NCBI RefSeq assembly: GCF_964355755.1
Contig: NC_092673.1
Coordinates: forward strand, 17,295,648-17,359,647
DNA from: Antedon mediterranea
Lineage: Eukaryota; Animalia; Echinodermata
Direction: 5' to 3'
DNA length: 64,000 bases
The position numbers and the translations under genes are program-made. Of the stretch, positions 59,201 to 64,000 are shown piece after piece. Positions within the stretch are counted from its first letter, which is position 1; each line of letters begins with the position of its first letter. The notes beneath the pieces were generated by a model. The model worked only from the letters and a program-made list of their open reading frames with translations. It made no database searches and was not told the DNA's origin.

Positions 59201-61605
59201 ATATTACAGTACGCATTAGATATTCTACCCAGGCCTAGTAATACTCTCTGAACTCGCGGGTGTGTATTCTAGCAGCATGCAGCATCACAGCGCAACACAT
59301 TTATGGAAGAGTCCATTAATTACGGTGGTGTCACATTTTAATTACACAATACCGGTAACTATTTCCCTTGATCACGGTGGTTTATTTTTATTACATCTCT
59401 ATGTCAACAATCACATAATTTTATAATCATGTAGGCAATAGTTCGTATGTCAAGCGATATCTAAAAGAGTGTGTTGTTATTGTGTTAAGTAGCTTCCCCT
59501 AATCTCATAGTGTATATGGCCAACAGTGCTGGCCACCAGGCAAGGAGCACATGGTTAGTGCTCTCCTCTCCTCATATTGCTGTAATGCATGCATGGAAAT
59601 AGGAAAGATTTTCATATAGGCCTACCCAACATGATATTCCTGGTTCATTATCAGCCCAAAAAACTGAACATCATTTGGATTGATTTTATAATGGTCATAC
59701 ACACAATAAGAAGGTATATATTTAAATAATATGAAATTAAAGTTACTTAAATAGACATAGGCTAGCCCTACTCACACAGTGCATCGTAACTGAAACAATA
59801 TGGGGATTTCCCTTTTCATTGAACGTTCAGTTGAAGTAGAGACTGATTACAATGTAATAAAGGCAATCAAACAAAATTATATCATTTGATTATAATAAAT
59901 ATGTCTCAAATATCGTTGTTTTATTATTAAAATACCATTGAAATAAGTGCGTCTTATGCATCGACTACATAAAAAATACTAATATTTCAGTCTCCGTTTT
60001 ATGGGTGCGTCTTATACACAGGTGCGACTTGTACACCGAAATATACGGTACTATTTGTTTTTTATGTTTATAGGATAAGAAATTATTTAAGGGCCTAATA
60101 TAATATACTTTTTTGCAACAATAAAGCTGTATTTCATGATCAGTACTACTAACTTCCATAATACTGTACTATATAATTTCTCTGCATAACTCAGATTTTA
60201 GTAGGTAAAAAATGTCTCTGTAAGCTTATTAAAACAACCGAAATTTCTCTGAGAGCCAAAGCTTCCAGGGGCCTTCGCCCCCTGGACCCCGACCGGGGGC
60301 CCTTGGCGGCCCCCTGGCCCCCAGCCTACAGTTGCTCGCTGCGCTCGCAAAATACTTGGTGTCAAGAAAACCCCCCTCTGATGCATTCTGGCTACGGGCC
60401 TGGTTTTGTGATTGATTGTGTTGAGTAATGAATAATCAAATGCTTGTGATATTTAATTCTTAATACTGATACTCATTTCAGATCTGCAGTCGCCAGAAAA
60501 TGACAGGTAAGTAGTACTGTATAATGAGTGTATCACAGTATCTATACTGTTTATTTATACTCTCCAATACCATAGAGTTAGACCAACTAACTAGTTATTA
60601 ATTGTATGCCCTGAGATGATAGTCTGGAAGGGATATTATTACTATCACTTGTGTGTCTATCAGTTTATTTGTATATATTAATAACATACCATGTTAATAC
60701 AACCAAAGTTCAACCATAAAAATAGTGTTGAAACAATCCTGGTTTTATATAGAATTACATTCTGCATAAACTTAACGGTGGATGACGGCCCTTTTGTCCT
60801 ACCAATATTTTCAATTTCAGTAAGATACATTGCTCCTGGTTTTATATTCTCCCGTATAATACAAAGATAACTAAACTTTGATGTATATGTGTTGCTTTCT
60901 GCACTAAAATATATTTAAAAAAAGCTCAAAACACATACAAATTTATGATATTTAAGTCATAATTTATTGATCCCCTTATTGAAGGGGATTCTTTTCATAT
61001 AGCCATCATGGTACCAATTGCTCCTTGCATTTCCTGATTTTGATAATAATACTGTAAAAAAAGGGTGGGGGGGGGGGAACCCTCCTGCTTACGAGTCTGT
61101 TATCTTTAATATAGGGAGTGGGGAGGGGTTGCTAGAACCATACTTACTTACGAGTCTGTTATCTTTATTATAGTTTTACTAATGTGTACTTATACATTTT
61201 TATTTCTAGCCTGAAAGAAAGCATACAGACATTTGTCAAAGGTAATTTCCTTAGTCTTATGTTGAAACCGAATAAAATAAAATCAAGTCATGAGTCTTAA
61301 AAAATTGAAATGAGGCAAATCAAAGAAATGTATTTTTTTTCACTTTTAAAACTATAAACAAAATAATTATCAATAACAAAAATAATTAAGTTCCAACAAA
61401 TATAAAAGTTGTAATTGTAGATTTTAATTTTGAAATGTAATAAACACAAATAAAATATAATGAAAGAACTGTAAAATCTTGAAAGCTCACAACAAATTTA
61501 AGGTGTTTAAATCAATTTTTTTTTTCACTTTTTCTTTCAGAGAACTGTGGCTTGATAATTTGTTGTATTGTAGTTGTGATATTGGCATATATTTGGGCTT
61601 TATGA
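17224..61605 (+). CDS. Multi-exon gene (about 26 coding exons, about 950 aa): variable ankyrin repeats - low-complexity linkers - tandem DED-like domains - C-terminal TM anchor
   Basis: Manual splice model; every exon has GT-AG boundaries and matching phases from ATG 17224 to TGA 61603-61605; AATAAA at 61785. That the ANK and DED halves share one transcript is inferred from phase compatibility only. Confidence 0.72.
17456..17552 (+). CDS. Ankyrin N-cap exon (RNKLEEALLYTCDLQTIKHICKTQPDLVKSINE)
   Basis: TTTTAACAG| acceptor, GAG|GTATTT donor; ends in phase 0 into the ANK exons; degenerate ankyrin helix pattern. Confidence 0.75.
17697..18415. repeat. 71-bp intronic minisatellite, about 10 copies
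   Basis: Unit CACACTGATGATGGGGGTATAACCTGCATGTACTGATTAACCACATTAGGCTAAAAATAATAATATAAATA. Confidence 0.95.
19188..19295 (+). CDS. ANK exon A1: NGNTPLHSYLGSVYTPTLEIVTCLIQHGTPVALQNK
   Basis: TTTCCAG| ... AAG|GTAATG; 108 nt, phase 0-0; G-x-TPLH...LEIV..L...G ankyrin consensus. Confidence 0.88.
19513..19626 (+). CDS. ANK exon A2: DGETPLHSYLGSLSLYPLPLEIVTCLIQHGAPLALQNK
   Basis: 114 nt, phase 0-0, canonical splice sites. Confidence 0.88.
21080..21190 (+). CDS. ANK exon A3: DGETPLHSYLRNVYRIHSLEIVTCLIQHGTPVALQNK
   Basis: 111 nt, phase 0-0, canonical splice sites. Confidence 0.88.
22664..22771 (+). CDS. ANK exon A4: SGDTLLHSYLGSGYKPTLEIVTCLIQHGVPLALENK
   Basis: 108 nt, phase 0-0; partly visible in ORF 22625-22807. 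Confidence 0.88.
22971..26535 (-). mobile_element. Near full-length L2-clade LINE inserted antisense in an ANK intron
   Basis: Interrupts the array unit at AAATCTTTA|AGTTTCTTAATG; (TAT)n tail and AAGCGCC...GGCGCTATATAA 3' stem-loop on the minus strand. Confidence 0.88.
23041..26154 (-). CDS. L2-type endonuclease-reverse transcriptase, 1037 aa, uninterrupted
   Basis: SETWL, GGGV, GDFN, SDH; YRPVSNL, DLSAAFD, GVPQGS, YADD; C-terminal HITPVL..LHWLPV..RI.YK typical of L2. Confidence 0.92.
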   Translation of the reverse strand: MLISYSSEFLHGLQGCVTNNNNSCELPEESCLIIQSFKLNSSSCSIHLLPRRPKRKTRRGTRAGRDKQTNKHTKNNLSFPDLSSNSLLSKNNITFCCINTRSVRNKTTEFVDFVIEHNLDVVALSETWLKPEDTSVIGNITPNGYSLKHAPRASTKRGGGVALLYKESIAVKCYDTGLLPKSFELLNVEIVSNASSVFLVAVYRPQSKSTGCSLNVFTEEFSTLVDHYVLKPAPILFVGDFNIHVDMPNDADAIHFRNLLAASSLQQHVSTPTHRHGHTLDLLITRSSDPPVFSNLNVIDGISDHYAITCNLLIKKPPVITKSIETRHWNAINFETLCKDITQSDLGTSLSNLDLSSKVRLYVTTLSELLDKHAPPKKRTVKVRPNTSWYNSDIYAEKRTKRKLEKKWRISHLEIDRQAYIAQKRNVNSMVRKAKANYYIGLCEEHAADQKGLFKIVNQLLHHRQVSPLSDSLSDLDLANRFCQFFIRDDFKIDDMSFNEPVTAVHQHLTTFTPASQDEIRNILMKSPTKSCRLDPVPTSILKKCIDAVVPIITEIINHSLNTGIVPDELKIAHVRPLIKKQNLDHNTLKNYRPVSNLSFLGKTLERVVTSRITPYLQKHNLNENYQSAYRACHSTESSLLKVQNDLLQGMNDGKITLLVLLDLSAAFDTVDHRRLITRLRNRIGINGVALNWFQSYLTGRRQLVCINDAFSDEACLEYGVPQGSVIGPGQFSIYTLPLGDIIRKHSLHFHFYADDTQIYVSVNPVERDVAAAISKMEACIEDVRNWMTTNYLKLNDGKTEFIIVGSKGNISKINITHFRIGNSNIAPSSVVRNLGIMLDSNLTMEAQITTVSKAACISIRNLGRIRGNLNKKTAELIVHSFVTSKIDIGNALLFGIPKSQIQRLQRLQNMAARIVTYTKSNAHITPVLMDLHWLPVQQRIKYKLALFVFKILNDSAPAYLSDLVDRYESSRRGLRSLSQNLLQERRAKNQWGQRSFFVAAASVWNSLPATVKCSTSLNSFKTNLKTSLFADVLARC
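27768..27875 (+). CDS. ANK exon A5: NDDTLLHSYLSSVYPPTLEIVTCLIQHGTQVALQNK
   Basis: 108 nt, phase 0-0, canonical splice sites. Confidence 0.86.
28833..28843 (+). pseudogene. Truncated ANK exon remnant (DGDT only)
   Basis: Intact acceptor TTTTCAG|GATGGTGACAC, then an abrupt jump to intronic AGATCTGATC; the rest of the exon and its donor are deleted. Confidence 0.8.
28995..29105 (+). CDS. ANK exon A6: YGDTPLHPYLRSGYTAPTLEIVTCLIQHGAPVALKNK
   Basis: 111 nt, phase 0-0; partly visible in ORF 28953-29135. Confidence 0.88.
29821..30912. mobile_element. Non-autonomous TIR element, hAT5-like, with a nested inverted-repeat element at 30222-30536
   Basis: TIR CAGGCCCGTATCCAG / CTGCATACGGGCCTG (14/15); flanks GAATG/GAATA; sibling array units show the empty site. 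Inner IR ATCCATGGACGCCATTC(G/C)GGCGGACA. Confidence 0.8.
31643..31753 (+). CDS. ANK exon A7 (nucleotide-identical to A3)
   Basis: 111 nt, phase 0-0; same sequence as 21080-21190. Confidence 0.88.
32412..35569 (+). mobile_element. 5'-truncated CR1-group LINE in sense orientation within an ANK intron
   Basis: Frame open from 32412 (GVAIYL..., mid-APE) to stop 35117; GDFN, SDHFP, DLSKAFD, GVPQGS, FADD; 3' AATAAA + (GAAAC)n tail; interrupts the unit at CTTATG|ACTTTTTTGG. Confidence 0.9.
36343..36447 (+). CDS. ANK exon A8: SGDTPLHSYLRSGYATLSIVTCLIQHGSQVALQKK
   Basis: 105 nt, phase 0-0, canonical splice sites. Confidence 0.87.
37372..37456 (+). CDS. Ankyrin C-cap exon (DGNTPVSLLESNRLISDQRKTEILNFLE)
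   Basis: TTTTAATAG| acceptor, G|GTAAGT donor; phase 0-1; GNTP...EIL.FL capping-repeat pattern. Confidence 0.85.
38501..38542 (-). ncRNA. Candidate minimal type-I hammerhead ribozyme (Penelope-like)
   Basis: Minus strand: tctc-CTGACGA-c-gatcaa(agaata)ttgatt-GAAA-CG-TC-gaga, with stem I, stem II and a palindromic ACGT in place of stem III. Confidence 0.45.
38826..40404. mobile_element. Non-autonomous hAT element
   Basis: TIR CAGTGG(G/T)GGCGCCAG; perfect 8-bp TSD GTCCACAG (38818-38825, 40405-40412); subterminal CCCCGACGGGGGG repeats at both ends. Confidence 0.88.
42985..43530 (-). pseudogene. Degraded LINE RT fragment with a 69-bp tandem repeat of motif B (about 4.4 copies, 42985-43292)
   Basis: Minus-strand translation gives ACSLDASKAFD and repeated NGVRQGGVMSPLLYNIYI. 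Confidence 0.8.
43530..44253 (+). mobile_element. 3' fragment of an L1/Tx1-clade LINE (zf-RVT region + poly-A tail)
   Basis: ORF 43534-44079 with FKFIHRI..TN..L...C.FC....ET..H.FFEC......W; AATAAA and A-rich tail at 44222-44253. Confidence 0.82.
44685..44703 (+). CDS. 19-nt micro-exon (GDVETS)
   Basis: TTATAG| acceptor, AAG|GTATCA donor; phase 1-2 is what is needed to enter the Gly/Ser frame of the next exon. Confidence 0.55.
44842..44950 (-). pseudogene. 5S rRNA-derived sequence (pseudogene or SINE3 head; body may extend to about 44725)
   Basis: Reverse complement GGCC..CACGTTGAAACACTGGTTTTCTTGTCTGATCACCAAAGTTAAGCAA...CTTGGATGGGAGACC...GGAATATCAGTGCTGTA follows the 5S rRNA consensus, with CpG-type transitions. 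Confidence 0.8.
45130..45599 (+). CDS. Gly/Ser-rich linker exon with an 18-bp coding repeat, (G/S-A/T-G-V-S-S) about 23 times
   Basis: TTTTTAG| acceptor, CAAG|GTAATA donor; 470 nt = phase 2-1; no frameshifting indels in the repeat. Confidence 0.75.
46825..46869 (+). CDS. Acidic linker exon (DEQDDTETTTQENEQ)
   Basis: TTCACAG| acceptor, CAAG|GTACAG donor; 45 nt, phase 1-1. Confidence 0.7.
47019..47129 (+). CDS. Linker exon (VTKQLTSDSQSTVNEESQSQMKKGMIEEQETKLEEES); acceptor uncertain
   Basis: Paralog of 57017-57130; the homologous CAG acceptor is CAA here; in-frame AGs lie at 47017-18 and 47038-39; donor G|GTGAGT intact. Confidence 0.5.
47346..47438 (+). CDS. Linker exon (EVTKQSDSSDTLSDEFQTQVVEQEIEPEPKS)
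   Basis: ACCAG| acceptor, G|GTGAGT donor; 93 nt, phase 1-1. Confidence 0.75.
47787..47838. mobile_element. 52-bp palindromic mini-MITE (second copy 57819-57870)
   Basis: CAGGGAAGAGTTAAATTACAAT...ATTGTAATTTAACTCTTCCCTG flanked by GTATTAT repeats; empty site at about 58104. Confidence 0.7.
48555..48579 (+). CDS. Micro-exon (DLQSPEND)
   Basis: TTTCAG| acceptor, CAG|GTAAG donor; 25 nt, phase 1-2; identical paralog at 60482. Confidence 0.75.
49228..52963. repeat. 65-66-bp intronic minisatellite, about 57 copies
   Basis: Unit GGGAGTGGGGAGGG(G/T)TTGCTAGA(A)CCATAAAACCCTCCTGCTTACGAGTCTGTTATCCTTATTATA. Confidence 0.97.
53001..53032 (+). CDS. Micro-exon (SQKESIQTFVK)
   Basis: TTTTTAG| acceptor, AAG|GTAATT donor; 32 nt, phase 2-1; paralog at 61210. 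Confidence 0.72.
53200..54440. repeat. 88-bp intronic minisatellite, about 14 copies
   Basis: Repeated ...GCTGTGATATCTTCATTCCTCTTACCAGTAGTAGTACTATCAGAATCATTATTGATAATCTATACATTGTTACAACAT...; the ORF track recurs every 88 nt. Confidence 0.95.
54482..54526 (+). CDS. Basic linker exon (DESLPKERRGRKTDQ)
   Basis: TTTGCAG| acceptor, CAAG|GTAATT donor; 45 nt, phase 1-1. Confidence 0.72.
55164..55703 (+). CDS. Exon encoding tandem death-effector-like domains
   Basis: TTTGCAG| acceptor; donor at 55704 or 55710, both phase 1. DED1-like FRDL...LS..F..E....LRFLL.D.L....DLL..LE..G.IS..N..LL.E; DED2-like SPYRK.LF.....D.D.L......D....LE....L. Recognised by eye, no HMM run. Confidence 0.75.
56642..56704 (+). 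CDS. Linker exon (DVQDGSVTSALPQSDIQGSQQ)
   Basis: TTTTCACAG| acceptor, CAAG|GTATGA donor; 63 nt, phase 1-1. Confidence 0.75.
57017..57130 (+). CDS. Linker exon (ELTKLLASDSPVTVNEKLKTQMKKVMIEEQERKLEAES)
   Basis: GAACAG| acceptor, G|GTGAGT donor; 114 nt, phase 1-1. Confidence 0.75.
57352..57450 (+). CDS. Linker exon (EVTKQFPSDSSDTLSDEFQTQVVEQETKPEPES)
   Basis: 99 nt, phase 1-1; differs from the 47346 paralog by an in-frame 6-nt indel. Confidence 0.78.
58523..60402. mobile_element. Non-autonomous TIR element with 5-bp TSD, hAT5-like
   Basis: Perfect 15-bp TIR CAGGCCCGTAGCCAG; TSD GTTTT; absent from duplication copy 1. Confidence 0.85.
58974..60048. mobile_element. Nested Tc1/mariner-superfamily (Tc2/pogo-like) non-autonomous element
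   Basis: TA-flanked TIRs CCGTATATTTCGGTGTA(T/C)AAG(A/T)CGCAC; extra GTGCGTCTTAT subterminal repeats at the right end. Confidence 0.8.
60482..60506 (+). CDS. Micro-exon (DLQSPEND), copy 2
   Basis: TTTCAG| acceptor, CAG|GTAAGT donor; phase 1-2. Confidence 0.75.
61210..61241 (+). CDS. Micro-exon (SLKESIQTFVK), copy 2
   Basis: TTTCTAG| acceptor, AAG|GTAATT donor; phase 2-1. Confidence 0.72.
61541..61605 (+). CDS. Terminal exon: ENCGLIICCIVVVILAYIWAL-stop (tail-anchor TM helix)
   Basis: Long polypyrimidine acceptor TTTTTCTTTCAG|; phase 1 gives a hydrophobic run of about 18 aa, then TGA. Confidence 0.7.
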
Positions 61606-61784
61606 TGTTTATAGAGGATATATTGTTATGCAGATAAAAATGTCTATTTTTTCAATGATGGGATTCTATCTTAGTACCACAAATAGTATAGACTGTTTCA
61701 CTGCACACCAGGCCATATGAATACCTGAAGAAATCTGAGTTATGTTGTAAACCACTTTGATACAGATAGATTATTACATACCAC

Positions 61785-61790
61785 AATAAA
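61785..61790 (+). terminator. Candidate polyadenylation signal AATAAA
   Basis: About 180 nt downstream of the predicted stop codon. Confidence 0.4.
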
Positions 61791-61825
61791 CCATACTTTT
61801 TAATATGCCATCTTTAAAAATTAAA

Positions 61826-62849
61826 CAAGTGAGATCTTCTTAGTAGAATACTCGCAGCTTTAATATATCAACATTATTAAAGAAAATAGGTTAACATTAT
61901 TTCTTATCAAATTTAGTTTTAAAACCTTTTCAGTACAATTCCGATCAATTTGATACCTCATAACTCCTGGAGGCCAGTATCTCTCTATACTTACCAACCT
62001 CCATCCCTCTTCAATCAAATCCTTCCCAGTATAAATTTCAATTCAACAACTTCATAGTGAGAGACCAAGCCAGCGATATATAGCTATGATGGGCCTATGG
62101 TTTAAGTACTTTGTAAACTGTGTAAATGAATAGGTGTAATATTGGCTAATGATTAAAATATCTAATTTTTAATTACCTCTGCCCCAGCCTTTATCCTCTC
62201 CCCGTCCCAGCCACAATCAACAAACCTTAACGCCTCCCCAGGACAGTTAAAATGTAGTAACTGTTCCCAGTACAATTCCAATCATGTACCTTATTAACGC
62301 CAGTATCTCCGCCCTTCCCCTCCCAACACAACCCGTAATGGGGTGATGTGTTTCCAGTACAATTATGTTGAGCCATCGTTTTCAAATGTAGTTTAAAACA
62401 TTCCCAGGATAGGCCTACACTCCAAACTCCCAACCGCTTCCCAAGGATAATTAAAATACTTTAAAAAGTTTCTACTACAATTCATTGCGGTAATTTTGAT
62501 ACCCCATATCTATGGTTACGAGCAGAAACAAACATCAAAATTGCGGAAAAGTGGGGCATTTTCACCATATTTTGGCCCCTAACTTGGATCCAAAATGGCA
62601 GATAATGTTCAAATATAGTTTAAATTGAGGTCATTTTGTCGAACAAACATTATAAGTGGAGAAAAGTGAGGGATTTTGATCTTATTTTGGCCTCTAACTT
62701 GGATTCGAGATGGCGATTCAAGATGTTCAAAAATAGTTTAGATCCTTCCCAGTACAATTGCAGTCATTTTGATACCCCGCTATGAATGAAAAAATATTTG
62801 TATAATGAAACAGACAAACAAACATACAAACTCTCACTTATAATATAGA
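61826..62849 (-). mobile_element. Possible non-autonomous Helitron-like element
   Basis: Minus strand begins A|TCTATATTATAAG followed by (GTTT/GTCT)n, and ends with an imperfect hairpin + CTTG|T; internal CCCAGTACAATT repeats. Confidence 0.4.
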
Positions 62850-63617
62850 TTTGTAGTTAATTTTAAATCATTATAAATAAATACTTGTATAATTGTCATT
62901 AATTGTATATTGTAATAATATATTTGTAAAGAATTTTAATACATCTTAAATTATAAATATAAATATTTAATATTTATCTGTGTAAATTATTATTTTTTAC
63001 ATTGTCATGTTGAGGACCCCTTCTGAAACAACTATCAAGCTTAAAGAGGGTGGGGGGGTGTGAGATTACACTTATCAATTCTAACAATTGATAAAATGCT
63101 TTTTAAATTTTGAATTTAATTTAGCAATTATTTCATTCAGCCATTACGATAAATACACCCGTCCATACAGTGATGAAATATCGGTATCATTAAGCAGTAG
63201 GACAATCTCGCCGAAAACGAGGCAGTTGAAATCTATGGATCATATAAGATTCAGTTTAATGTAGGTTTGTGTTTGCTGATACAGACCAATTGCTCAATTT
63301 CAAAATTTAATGGAAAGTAGATGACAAACAGACAGACATACATACTATTTTGTTATGTTTACAGTTTAGATACCTCAAGTTGTACACAATTAGCACACAT
63401 ATTTAAATTTTGTTTTCTTCAAGTATTGAAACACTGTACTGTATTTAGTTAAATTCCTCTACAATCTTATTGTGTTTTCATTAGTGTATATTGCAGCTAT
63501 GTTGATAAGAATGTGTTAAATGAAAACATTTGGTCAAATATGTATTTGATATGTTTTTGTTGATAAGAATAGTACTGATAATGTTGGAAGAATTTCATCT
63601 GGTTGTGGAATAGGTAT

Positions 63618-63767
63618 TACATAAAATTTCTTTTTGAACAACCAAAAATAGTATAAGCGAACTTACAGTACGTTTCGAAACCTATCAGGAAAATGAAGGA
63701 TAGGTTTCGAAACGTACTGTAAGTACGCTTATACTATTTTTGGTTGTTCAAAAAGAAATTTTATGTA
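63618..63767. repeat. Near-perfect palindrome (arms about 69 bp, 12-nt spacer)
   Basis: TACATAAAATTTC...CGAAACCTATC / GATAGGTTTCG...GAAATTTTATGTA. Confidence 0.9.
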
Positions 63768-64000
63768 GTACTGATAATGTTGAAATTGTTTGTGTTGTCA
63801 ACAATGATAATAACAGTGTAATTTTAATCAAATCATGTAATAATTAGACACATGACATTCTAAGTGTATTGTGACCAAGACAATCATATTTTCCACTCAA
63901 CAACACAATTTATTGTGGATAATTTAACCCACAAGTTGTAGTTGTTTACAGGTACAATTGATAATGATAACTATTAATGATACAAATTTATCGATCTGTG

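Overview
AT-rich eukaryotic DNA, probably from a marine invertebrate (inferred from GT-AG introns, Rex/L2/CR1/Tx1-type LINEs and CpG decay). It is not prokaryotic. The ORF track misses the main feature: a + strand multi-exon gene that I assembled by hand from GT-AG junctions, and every junction is frame-compatible. It has about 26 coding exons, ATG at 17224, TGA at 61603-61605, and about 950 aa if all exons are used. Predicted architecture: ankyrin N-cap; 8 tandemly duplicated phase-0 single-ankyrin-repeat exons plus 1 broken remnant, hypervariable at the predicted binding face; C-cap; (G-A/T-G-V-S-S)n and acidic linkers; tandem death-effector-like domains; a duplicated linker; and a C-terminal hydrophobic tail anchor. 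This looks like a diversifying, DARPin-like sensor joined to a death-fold signalling module, but the function is inference. Introns and flanks hold 3 large LINE ORFs, 2 LINE fragments, several TIR/MITE and Helitron/Helentron-like elements, a 5S-derived sequence, a candidate minimal hammerhead ribozyme and several minisatellites. No database search or alignment program was run.
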